Shown here piece by piece: positions 52,863 to 61,597 of a stretch of DNA of 64,000 nt. Source of the DNA: an uncultured delta proteobacterium (GTDB lineage Bacteria; Myxococcota_A; Polyangia; Fen-1088); NCBI GenBank assembly GCA_963796685.1, contig CAWCMR010000008.1, forward strand, positions 320,001 through 384,000, given 5' to 3'. Position numbers and translations under genes: made by a program. The notes beneath the pieces were generated by a model. It saw nothing but the letters and a program-made list of their open reading frames with translations, searched no databases and was not told the DNA's origin. Position 1 is the stretch's first letter. Every line of letters begins with the position of its first letter.

Positions 52863-55251
52863 CTACCCGGTCGCATTCGGAGCGCCGGGTATCGAGCCGC
52901 GCTGGACGTCGAGCGCCAAGCAAGGCCTGGGTACCGCCTACCACACGAGCTGTCGGGTATGGTTCACCCTCAGCCATGGCATCGTGAACGAGATCTACTA
53001 CCCCACCGTCGACCAACCCAACACGCGCGACCTGCAGTTTCTCATCACCGACGGGAAGACCTTTTGCCACGAAGAAAAACGGGATCTCGAGCACCAGGTC
53101 GATTACCCGGAACGCGATTGCATCTTCTATCGCATCACGAATACGGAACCGGGTGGCCGCTACCGTCTCGTCAAACACATCCTCGCCGACCCGCACCGCT
53201 CGGTGGTGCTCATACGCACGCAACTCGAGGTGGTCGACAAGTCGCTGGCTGGGAAATTGCGTCTTTACGCCCTGCTGGCCCCGCACCTGGCGCGTGCCGG
53301 CGCGGGCAACTTTGGTTGGTGTTCCGAAATAAGCGGCAACAACCTTCTCCACGCGCAGCGCAAGAACGTTCATCTGGTGATGGGGTGCAGCGGAAGCTTC
53401 GCGCGGCGATCCGTCGGCTATGTCGGCGCCAGCGACGGCTGGCAGGATCTGATGAAGGGCTTCGAGATGGACTGGGAATTCCGTGCGGCAGGGCCAGGCA
53501 ACCTCGCGCTGACGGGCGAAATCGTCGTGCGAGATGGGCAGCCCTTTACCGTCGCGATCGCCCTTGGAAATAGCTGTCAGAGCACGGTGACCAAGTTGCT
53601 GCACTCCCTGGCAGAGCCGTTCGAGGCGCACCATGCAGCCTACATTCGTCAATGGCAGCGCACGGTGGCCAAGTCGGAGTTCGACTTCAGCGCGCACACG
53701 ACGGACGGCGGACACCTGTATCGGCTCAGCCGCTGCATCCTGCTCGCTCACGAGGACAAGACTTTCCAAGGCGCCCTGGTGGCGTCCATGAGCATCCCAT
53801 GGGGCGAGACGAAGAGCGACGACGACCTCGGCGGCTATCACCTGGTATGGATCCGCGATCTGGTGCAAAGCGCGACCGCGCTCCTGGCGGGCGGGCAGAC
53901 CGGGACGGCGCTCGGCGCCTTGGTCTGGCTGGCCGCCATTCAGGGCGAAGACGGCGCGTTCCCACAAAACAGTTGGATCGATGGCAACGCGTACTGGCCG
54001 GGCGTTCAGCTCGATGAAATCGCCGCGCCTGTCCTGCTGGCGTGGCGCTTGCGCCGCGAAGGCGTCTCACTGGGCAGCTTCGATCCTTGGGTCATGATCC
54101 TGCGTGCGGCAGGCTACCTCATTCGACAGGGCCCGGTGACCTCCCAGGAGCGCTGGGAGGAGAATGCCGGCTTTTCGCCATCGACGCTGGCCACGGTCAT
54201 TGCCGGGCTGGTTTGTGCCGCGGAGCTCGCCAAGGAACGCCATGAAGCGACCATCGCCGCGTTTCTCCTGCAGCATGCGGACTGGCTGGCAGCCCACGTG
54301 GAAGAGTGGACGGTCACGACCAAAGGGGAGATGGTCGAGGGTTTTCCGCGCCACTACATCCGCATCAACCCCACCGATTCGAAGAGCCCCGATCCGCATG
54401 CCGACCCGAACCTCACCATGCTCTCGGTCCTCAACGGCGGGGGCAGCCATCCGGCCAGAAACGTCGTGGGCGGTGATTTCCTTCACCTTGTGCGGCTTGG
54501 CATTCGCGCGGCGGACGATCCTACCGTGTGTGATTCCATCGTGGTCGCAGATCGCTTGCTCAAGGTCGAGCTGCCGCAAGGCCCGTGCTGGCGCCGCTAC
54601 AATCACGATGGCTACGGACAGAAAGAGGATGGCGGTGCCTTCGACGGTACGGGCACCGGCCGCTGCTGGCCGATCCTGACGGGAGAACGTGGCCACTACG
54701 AGCTCGCCGCCGGGCGCGATGCCAAGCCCTTCATTGCCGCCATGGAGAGCTTCGCCAATGAAGGGGGCATGCTCAGCGAGCAGGTGTGGGACGGCGCGGA
54801 CTTGCCGGAGAAGGGGATGAAGCGCGGGCGGCCCACCGGCGCGGCCATGCCGCTTTGCTGGTCGCATGCGGAATATGTCTCGCTCGTGCGCAGTGCCCAC
54901 GATGGCGTGTGTTTCGATCGCGTCGAGCCGGCCTTCCAGCGCTACGTCACCCAGCGCACCACCCATTCGCACGAGATGTGGAGCGCTCGCCATCCCATTC
55001 GCCGCATGGCATGTGGCCGAATTCTGCGCCTCATCGTTGTGGAAGACGCGGACATCGTGTGGACTGCCAACAACTGGGCCAGCATGAACACGACGAAGAC
55101 GACGGCGATGGAAGAGCTCGGCCTGTGGTTCGCCGATCTTCCCACCGAGAGCTGCCCGGAAGGCTCCTCCATCGAATTCACGCTCTTTTGGAAAGAGGTC
55201 GGGCGCTGGGAGGGCAGAAACTATACCGTCGCTGTCGGCAAAGCGACATGA
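52852..55251 (+). CDS. Glucoamylase / glucodextranase (GH15)
   Basis: AFGAPGIEPRW, VWFTLSHG, ASMSIPWG, GGYHLVW.RD, QERWEE and AMPLCWSHAEY; TTG start after AAGGAG. Confidence 0.93.
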   Translation: MSTNYPVAFGAPGIEPRWTSSAKQGLGTAYHTSCRVWFTLSHGIVNEIYYPTVDQPNTRDLQFLITDGKTFCHEEKRDLEHQVDYPERDCIFYRITNTEPGGRYRLVKHILADPHRSVVLIRTQLEVVDKSLAGKLRLYALLAPHLARAGAGNFGWCSEISGNNLLHAQRKNVHLVMGCSGSFARRSVGYVGASDGWQDLMKGFEMDWEFRAAGPGNLALTGEIVVRDGQPFTVAIALGNSCQSTVTKLLHSLAEPFEAHHAAYIRQWQRTVAKSEFDFSAHTTDGGHLYRLSRCILLAHEDKTFQGALVASMSIPWGETKSDDDLGGYHLVWIRDLVQSATALLAGGQTGTALGALVWLAAIQGEDGAFPQNSWIDGNAYWPGVQLDEIAAPVLLAWRLRREGVSLGSFDPWVMILRAAGYLIRQGPVTSQERWEENAGFSPSTLATVIAGLVCAAELAKERHEATIAAFLLQHADWLAAHVEEWTVTTKGEMVEGFPRHYIRINPTDSKSPDPHADPNLTMLSVLNGGGSHPARNVVGGDFLHLVRLGIRAADDPTVCDSIVVADRLLKVELPQGPCWRRYNHDGYGQKEDGGAFDGTGTGRCWPILTGERGHYELAAGRDAKPFIAAMESFANEGGMLSEQVWDGADLPEKGMKRGRPTGAAMPLCWSHAEYVSLVRSAHDGVCFDRVEPAFQRYVTQRTTHSHEMWSARHPIRRMACGRILRLIVVEDADIVWTANNWASMNTTKTTAMEELGLWFADLPTESCPEGSSIEFTLFWKEVGRWEGRNYTVAVGKAT

Positions 55252-55261
55252 CGCCTACGGC

Positions 55262-56206
55262 TCAGGTCGCTCCGAAATGCTCCGCGGCCTTGGCAAGCGT
55301 CATGAAGGTCGCGCCGGCATTGCGCGCCTCGGTCAGAGTGGCCTCCAGCGCCGCGAGCTTGCGCTCGAGCGACACGCGCAGATCCGGCTGTCGCGCTACC
55401 AGCGCGGGCGAGAGCCCGTCCGCGGACGCGTCGCAAAGGTCGATGCCGTGCAGTTCCAGATTGAAGTGCCGGGTGGTCAGGGCCGCCGCCACCAACCGGC
55501 GGCGCAACCACTCGGGCGAGATGACGAGGGTCGTGCCGATGACGTGCAGACGAAGCCAGGGCGTCACGGTGACCGGCAGCTCGATGATGGGCAGGCTCCC
55601 CCGGCGGTAGGGCGCCCCGGCGGCCGGTCGATACGGCGCGCACGGGGCAACGAGAACACGCGGACTGCCGAGGATGCTGCCCGACCTGCGCCCGGCCAAG
55701 CGCAAGCCTGCCATGACGGCGGCCTTGGCCAGATAGTAAGGAATGGCGGGGAACGCCGACGAGTCGTAGCGGTAGCCGCGCTGGCAAAGCACATCGACCA
55801 GCTCCGCGGATATCTCGTACCCGGGCGCGCGGAAACCCACAGGGGCAACGCCGCTCGTGTTCCCGATGGCAGCGTGGGCTCGCTCGATCTCGGCGGCGAT
55901 CTTGTCCCGTCCCAGGCGAACGAGGTCGTAGGGGTGGGAGTAGGAATGGCTGGCGATCTCGTGTCCCGCCCTGGCCAGGCCCGCGACGATGCTCCTGCCC
56001 TCCGAATCTTCCTCCAAATCGCGTCCCACCGTGAACAAGGTCGCGGCGATGCCGTGGCGGGCAAACAGCTCGCCGAGCCGCGGCAGCGCCCGCCGCAGGA
56101 TCGCGAAGCGTGCCTCGCCCGACGGTCCGTCCCCCAGAGCGTGAATACGGTGGTAGCACTCGACCGCGTCGAGGTCGACGGAAACCGAAACCAGCGAAGA
56201 CGTCAC
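55262..56206 (-). CDS. Polysaccharide deacetylase family protein
   Basis: SVDLD, GHEIASHSYSH, GFRAPGY and YRYDSS; GTG start ~56206. Confidence 0.88.
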   Translation of the reverse strand: MTSSLVSVSVDLDAVECYHRIHALGDGPSGEARFAILRRALPRLGELFARHGIAATLFTVGRDLEEDSEGRSIVAGLARAGHEIASHSYSHPYDLVRLGRDKIAAEIERAHAAIGNTSGVAPVGFRAPGYEISAELVDVLCQRGYRYDSSAFPAIPYYLAKAAVMAGLRLAGRRSGSILGSPRVLVAPCAPYRPAAGAPYRRGSLPIIELPVTVTPWLRLHVIGTTLVISPEWLRRRLVAAALTTRHFNLELHGIDLCDASADGLSPALVARQPDLRVSLERKLAALEATLTEARNAGATFMTLAKAAEHFGAT

Positions 56207-56237
56207 GCCCGAATCGTAGACGGCGGCCGGGCAAAGC

Positions 56238-57734
56238 TCAAGGCATGGAAATCCCGATGTCCGCCGCAGAGGCCTTCGCCGCCGGCAGCAGAATCGTGAA
56301 CGTGGTGCCGTCCCCGGGTGGGCAGTCGACCTCGATGCGCCCGCCGTGCTCGTTGACAATCTGTTGAACCAGCGCCAGCCCAAGACCGGTGCCCTTCGCC
56401 TTGGTGGAAAAGAACGGCTCGAAGATGTTGGCCAGGTTTTCGGGCGGGATGCCGGGACCGCTGTCAGCGAGAGCCAAGCGTACCTGCCCGTCCGTGGCCT
56501 TGCCCACCTCGAGGCGAATGCGGCCGCCTCCCGGCATCGCCTCCTTGGCGTTGCGCACGAGGTTCAGCAACGCCTGCCGAAGCTGGCTCTCGTCCACCAC
56601 CACCTCGGGCAAGTCGGGCTCGACGTCGACGGTCCAGGTGATTCCTGCCAGGGCGAGCTCGCCGCCGGCGAACTCCAACACCGACGTCGCGATGGCGCCC
56701 AGGTCCTCGCGTTCGAGCTTGGGCTTGGGCAGGCGAACGAAGCGCAGGTAGGTTTCCGTGATCTCGCTCAACCGGTCTACCTCCTTGCCGATGGATGTGA
56801 CCAGCTTGTGTGCCTCCTGATTGTCGGCCCCGACCTCGTCGCCCAGCAGCTCGACGTTGAGCCCGAGCGAGGCCAACGGATTGCGAATCTCGTGCGTGAT
56901 GTGCGCCGCCATGCGGCCGACGGTGGCCAGGCGCTCGGAGCGGATCAGCCGGTGCTCGCGTTCCTCGATGGCCGCGGCCATCGCATCGAATTCGCGCGCC
57001 AGATCGCCGATCTCGTCGCGCGAGGAGATCCCGGTGCGCCGGACGTAGTCGCCGCCGCCAATCTGTCTCGTATGTTCGCGCAGCACGCTCAAGGGGCGCA
57101 AAGTTCGCACCATTACCAAAGCCGCCCCCACGGCGACGAGCAAGCCGAGCCCGCTCAGCGCGAAGGCAATCTCCACCGCCCGACGCTCGCTGTCCGAGAG
57201 CTGCTCGGCGACGTGCTTGCCCTGGCCGCGCAGATTGTTCTTGAGCCCGTGAAACCGGCTGAGCAGGTTGGCCAGGCTGCGGTCGGCTTCCGCGCTGTCG
57301 CCCGCAGCGATCTCGCTGCTGCCAAGCGCCGCCGCGGCACCCACCACGCGCGCATCGAGATCGGCGATGTCGCGTTTGTAGCCGGCAAACTCGTCGCGAC
57401 GGGAGGGGTTGGCCTCCTCCTTGAAGTAGCGGTCGATGGCGTCGAGCGCGTCCTTCAGATTTTGCCGCGCCGACGCGATGCCGTTCTGCGCGGCCACGCG
57501 ACTGGTCAGTCCCAGCGTCGAGCCCGTTCCCTCCGCGGCGCGCATCTTGGCAAAGTCCTCGAGGGATCGTAGCGAGGCATCGACCGCCACCTGAACCTCC
57601 AATCGACGTTGATTGGCCGCGAGCTCCTGCCGCCCTCTGCGGAGATAGAGCAGCGTGAACAGGCTGCTCGCCGCAAGCATTCCGAGGAGAACGGCATACG
57701 CAATGAGGATTTTGGCAGACACGCCGAGGCGCAT
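56238..57734 (-). CDS. HAMP-domain sensor histidine kinase
   Basis: Two TM helices, HAMP (DEIGDLAREFD.M), ITHEIRNP, QALLNLVRNA and GTGLGL. Confidence 0.93.
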   Translation of the reverse strand: MRLGVSAKILIAYAVLLGMLAASSLFTLLYLRRGRQELAANQRRLEVQVAVDASLRSLEDFAKMRAAEGTGSTLGLTSRVAAQNGIASARQNLKDALDAIDRYFKEEANPSRRDEFAGYKRDIADLDARVVGAAAALGSSEIAAGDSAEADRSLANLLSRFHGLKNNLRGQGKHVAEQLSDSERRAVEIAFALSGLGLLVAVGAALVMVRTLRPLSVLREHTRQIGGGDYVRRTGISSRDEIGDLAREFDAMAAAIEEREHRLIRSERLATVGRMAAHITHEIRNPLASLGLNVELLGDEVGADNQEAHKLVTSIGKEVDRLSEITETYLRFVRLPKPKLEREDLGAIATSVLEFAGGELALAGITWTVDVEPDLPEVVVDESQLRQALLNLVRNAKEAMPGGGRIRLEVGKATDGQVRLALADSGPGIPPENLANIFEPFFSTKAKGTGLGLALVQQIVNEHGGRIEVDCPPGDGTTFTILLPAAKASAADIGISMP

Positions 57735-57844
57735 GGAGCGGATACGCTAACACAGGCACAGCGCGCCAGGCGGCGCGAGCTACGCAAACAAGATCGTGCC
57801 TACATTGACATTACCCAAGGGGTGGGAAAACATCGTCGGAAGTC

Positions 57845-59086
57845 ATGGAACACACTGCTCACCGGGTATCCTCATTGTCGGCACTGGGTCTGTTTGCCGG
57901 CTTGCTCCTCATGAGCCCAGCGGTCCTGGCTGGCGACGTGACCCTTTCGGTCCTCGGGTTGGAGCCCGCGGCGGGTGCGCCCGAGGCGGTTGCGACCGCG
58001 GTGACGGAAGCCCTGCGACAGCGCGTGGCCGGGGCGCCCGGCTATCGACTGGTCCCGGGCAAGGATCTGGTCGAGGTGAAGCTCGTGTTCAGCTGCGCCG
58101 ACGAGGCGCCGGCCTGCATGACCCAGGCAGCGCAGAGTATCGGCTCGGCCAAGATCATCTTTGGCAACGTGCAGCCGGTAGGCACGGACGCCTATCTGGT
58201 CACGCTCAAGCTTCTCGACGCCGCGCGCGGCGTGGTCGAGTCGTGGACGTCCGAGCAAATCACCAAGGCACAGGCGACGCCCATAGGGCTGCGGGCGCCG
58301 GTGCAAAAGTGGTTCGCCGCGCTCACCGGACAGGCTCAGCCAGGGACGATCAAGGTGGTGGGCGGCGTGATCGGCGGGTCGGTTTGGCTCGATGGAGCGC
58401 AGGCAGGTCTGCTCGGCACCGACGGCCTGACCTTGGCCGGCGTCGGCGCCGGACCGCACCAAATCACCGTCAGCAAGAGCGGCTACGAGAAGTGGGAACG
58501 GACCGTGAACCTGGCCTCGGGCGCGACCGAAAAGGTGCAGGTGCAGCTCAAGGCCATCGAGGGAGCCACGGGCGCGTCGCCCGCAGCCGAGGTCGTGGCC
58601 GCCCCCGCCGCCCCCGTCGAGAGCGAGCCCGTGGCCACGGTCGAACCCTTCAACCAGGGCTCGCGCATCGGCGCCTGGGCGACCATGGGTCTGGGGCTCG
58701 TCGCCGTGGGCCTGGGTGGCTATTCGAGCTACAAGGTGACCAGCATCAACAGCAATCTCGACAAATTTCGCCGCTATCCGTGCGCAAGTGGCGGCGCCCC
58801 GAACTGCGCGGCGGACGGCAAGACCGGCCTGCAGCCGTTGGACCAGATACCGGGAGCCACCGAGTACGTGAGCAGCCAGAAAAGCACGGGCGATACCTAC
58901 ACCAAGCTGCAGTGGGTGGGTTACGGCGTGGGCGGCGCACTGCTGGTTACCTCGGGCGTGCTCATCTATCGTGGCTATTTCGCCCAGCCGACAACCGTGG
59001 CCTCGCGCAAGAGCCGCAGCACCTTCGTCGTGCTCCCTGCCGTCGCGCCGGGCAACATCGGTGCCCTCGCGTACGTGTCATTTTGA
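57845..59086 (+). CDS. PEGA-domain secreted/membrane protein
   Basis: Signal peptide, PEGA (GSVWLDG...GPHQITVSKSGY) and C-terminal hydrophobic segments; the stop TGA lies inside repeat unit 1. Confidence 0.85.
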   Translation: MEHTAHRVSSLSALGLFAGLLLMSPAVLAGDVTLSVLGLEPAAGAPEAVATAVTEALRQRVAGAPGYRLVPGKDLVEVKLVFSCADEAPACMTQAAQSIGSAKIIFGNVQPVGTDAYLVTLKLLDAARGVVESWTSEQITKAQATPIGLRAPVQKWFAALTGQAQPGTIKVVGGVIGGSVWLDGAQAGLLGTDGLTLAGVGAGPHQITVSKSGYEKWERTVNLASGATEKVQVQLKAIEGATGASPAAEVVAAPAAPVESEPVATVEPFNQGSRIGAWATMGLGLVAVGLGGYSSYKVTSINSNLDKFRRYPCASGGAPNCAADGKTGLQPLDQIPGATEYVSSQKSTGDTYTKLQWVGYGVGGALLVTSGVLIYRGYFAQPTTVASRKSRSTFVVLPAVAPGNIGALAYVSF

Positions 59087-59443
59087 AAAGGACCCTCGGA
59101 GGGTCCTTTAAATCCCCCGCGAAGAGCTCCGTCGGGCTTAGCCCGACTGCGCTCACGCGTTTTGAAAAGAACCCTCGGAGGGTCCTTTAAATCCCCCGCG
59201 AAGAGCTCCGTCGGGCTTAGCCCGACTGCGCTCACGCGTTTTGAAAAGAACCCTCGGAGGGTCCTTTAGATCCCCCGCGAAGAGCCTCCGTCGGGCTTAG
59301 CCCGACTGCGCTCACGCGTTTTGAAAAGAACCCTCGGAGGGTCCTTTAGATCCCCCGCGAAGAGCTCCGTCGGGCTTAGCCCGACTGCGCTCACGCGTTT
59401 TGAAAAGAACCCTCGGAGGGTCCTTTAGATCCCCCGCGAAGAG

Positions 59444-61518
59444 GTCGAGTAGCCAGGGGAGGTTACCCTCCCCCAGCTCTCACAGAACCGGACTTGTGGG
59501 CCTCACATCCGGCTCTTCGGGACGCTGGCGTTCGGGAGCGACCCGTAGTCCAGCGCCGGCATTGCTGCCCGCAGCTATCCTGGCTCCAGGGCCGGGTCCA
59601 TGAAGTCCAAGGCGTGATGGTCCTTCCACCGCTCGGCCAGGCTGACAAGCCCGCGTTCGGCAAAATATGCGTTGCGCAGTCCTCGTTCAACTACCGATGT
59701 GTGGCTCAGCGCCCACCAGGAGCGATGCCCCTTGTAGACCCCTTGCCACGCGGTTTTCGGTCTCACCCCCAGGCTGATGAGGTGTCGTGCGATGAAGCGT
59801 CTGCGTTTCCAGTGCCGTAGCACTATCGCTCGCAGCCGCCGCCTGATGTGTGCGTCGAGTGCCTGCAGCGTCCGCTCTTCCGCGGCCGTGCAGATACAGA
59901 AGAAGCCGATCCATCCGAGCAAATACGCGTTGACCTGTTTGATGCAGCCCTTGAGGGACTGCCCAAGGTTTCGCGGCGTCAGCTCTCGGACCTTCTCGTC
60001 AATGCGGCTTTTGCTCCGCGCCGACAGCAGCACCTCCGCTTCCCCCGTCAGCGGCTCGCGCCGCAGCCGGAATCCCAGAAAGTGCCGCTCTTCCGGTCGG
60101 GCCACCGCGCTCTTGGCCAAGTTCACCTTCAACCGCATCCGGCCTTCGATGAACTTGACCACGCTGGCCATCACACGCTGACCCGAGCGCTCGCTTCCGA
60201 CGTAGATGTTGCAGTCGTCCGCATAGCGCACGAAGCGGTGACCGCGTTGGGCAAGCTCGCGGTCGAGCTCGTCCAGCACGATATTGCTCAGTAACGGCGA
60301 AAGCGGACCACCTTGTGGCACTCCTTCTTCCGTCGCCACCACCACTCCGTCGGGCATCACCACCTTGGCTTTCAGCATCTGCCAGATGAGCTCGATGAGC
60401 CGCCGGTCCTTAACCCTCTGTTCTAGCCGCGCCACCAGCCGTTGCCAGTGGACCCGGTCAAAGAACTTTTCCAGGTCGAGGTCGACCACCCATTCGTACC
60501 CTTCCTCCAGATACTGCTTGGCCTCGGCGATGGCCGTGTGACAGCTGCGCCCAGGTCGGAAACCGTGGCTCGACGGGTGAAACGTCGGCTCATAATGCGG
60601 ACCGAGCACTTGGTGCACGGCCTGCTGAACCACGCGGTCCACCACGTTCGGTATGCCAAGGCCCCGCCGCCCGCCACCGCTCTTCGGTATCCATACCCGC
60701 CGGATGTCTCCGACTCGGTATGTCCCGTCGAGCAGCGACCGCGACAGCGCCGGTATCAGCGTCCCCAACCCCTTCGCCACTTCCCCCACGCTTTGCCGGT
60801 CCGGTCCAGGTGCGCCTTTGTTGGCCTTCACTTGCTCGAACGCTCTTTTCAGGTTTCCTTCGCTCGCTACCTCCTCCATCGTCATGGGCGGCAAGGTCCT
60901 CTCTTCCTCGTTCCCCGACTTCGGCACCTCGCTCCGCGCAGGCACGGGTTGGCCCGGATCCGCTTGGGCGGTGGTCCCTTTCGGGTTGTCGGCTGTCTCG
61001 GGAAACAGTCCGAGCTGCCTTGCCTCTTTGCTGGCCGTGGTCGCCTTCCCTCCCCGCCTTCTGGCGGTTGGAACCGGCTTTCGCCGGCCTTCCGGTATTA
61101 CGCGACCATCCGACTCCTCTTGTCCCTTCTTCATCTCGTCCTTTCGTTCTCGATGAATTCCGCTTGCGATTCCTCGCCGCGGAGGCCAAGAGGTCTCTCC
61201 GGGTAAGAACGCAGAACTTCGCACCGACTCCGTCGCCACTACGCGGGCCGCCCGACGAATATTGGGCTTTGCCGCCGAAGGCCAGCTTGCCCAGCGGTAC
61301 CCACGCCTTACGGCGCTTCACTTTCGTTCGGTTCGGCGCTGCACCATAGACTTCCACCAGACACCTCCTCGCGGGAGACGGGCCTTGCGGCCCGTCTGGC
61401 CTGGTGCTCCAGACCGGCGCCCTTGTCTCGTAGGTGGGAGGTTCCCTCCGTCAGGGTCCCCAGAGGACTTGGCTATTTCATGGCTTCACCTCTTGTTCTG
61501 CGTCCATGCCGGACGCAC
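59444..61518 (-). mobile_element. Group II intron, class C-like, copy 1 (2075 bp)
   Basis: 5' GTGCGTCCGGCATGGACGCAG; domain V GAGCCGGATGTGAGGCCCACAAGTCCGGTTC; domain VI with bulged A at -7 and terminal AC. Removal restores the repeat unit exactly. Confidence 0.96.
59575..60885 (-). CDS. ltrA: Group II intron reverse transcriptase/maturase (no endonuclease domain)
   Basis: NKGAPGPD, RRVWIPK, LGIPNVVDR, SHGFRPGRS, DLDLEKFFD, GVPQGGPLSPLLSN, RYADD and domain X. The open frame extends to 61239, but that part overlaps ribozyme domains. Confidence 0.96.
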   Translation of the reverse strand: MTMEEVASEGNLKRAFEQVKANKGAPGPDRQSVGEVAKGLGTLIPALSRSLLDGTYRVGDIRRVWIPKSGGGRRGLGIPNVVDRVVQQAVHQVLGPHYEPTFHPSSHGFRPGRSCHTAIAEAKQYLEEGYEWVVDLDLEKFFDRVHWQRLVARLEQRVKDRRLIELIWQMLKAKVVMPDGVVVATEEGVPQGGPLSPLLSNIVLDELDRELAQRGHRFVRYADDCNIYVGSERSGQRVMASVVKFIEGRMRLKVNLAKSAVARPEERHFLGFRLRREPLTGEAEVLLSARSKSRIDEKVRELTPRNLGQSLKGCIKQVNAYLLGWIGFFCICTAAEERTLQALDAHIRRRLRAIVLRHWKRRRFIARHLISLGVRPKTAWQGVYKGHRSWWALSHTSVVERGLRNAYFAERGLVSLAERWKDHHALDFMDPALEPG

Positions 61519-61597
61519 CTCCGTCGGGCTTAGCCCGACTGCGCTCACGCGTTTTGAAAAGAACCCTCGGAGGGTCCTTTAAATCCCCCGCGAAGAG

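Noticed and set aside
61228-61235. 8-nt match (CTCCGTCG) between the intron interior and the repeat target as a guide sequence
   Set aside because: Same-sense identity rather than complementarity, and short enough to be chance in GC-rich DNA.
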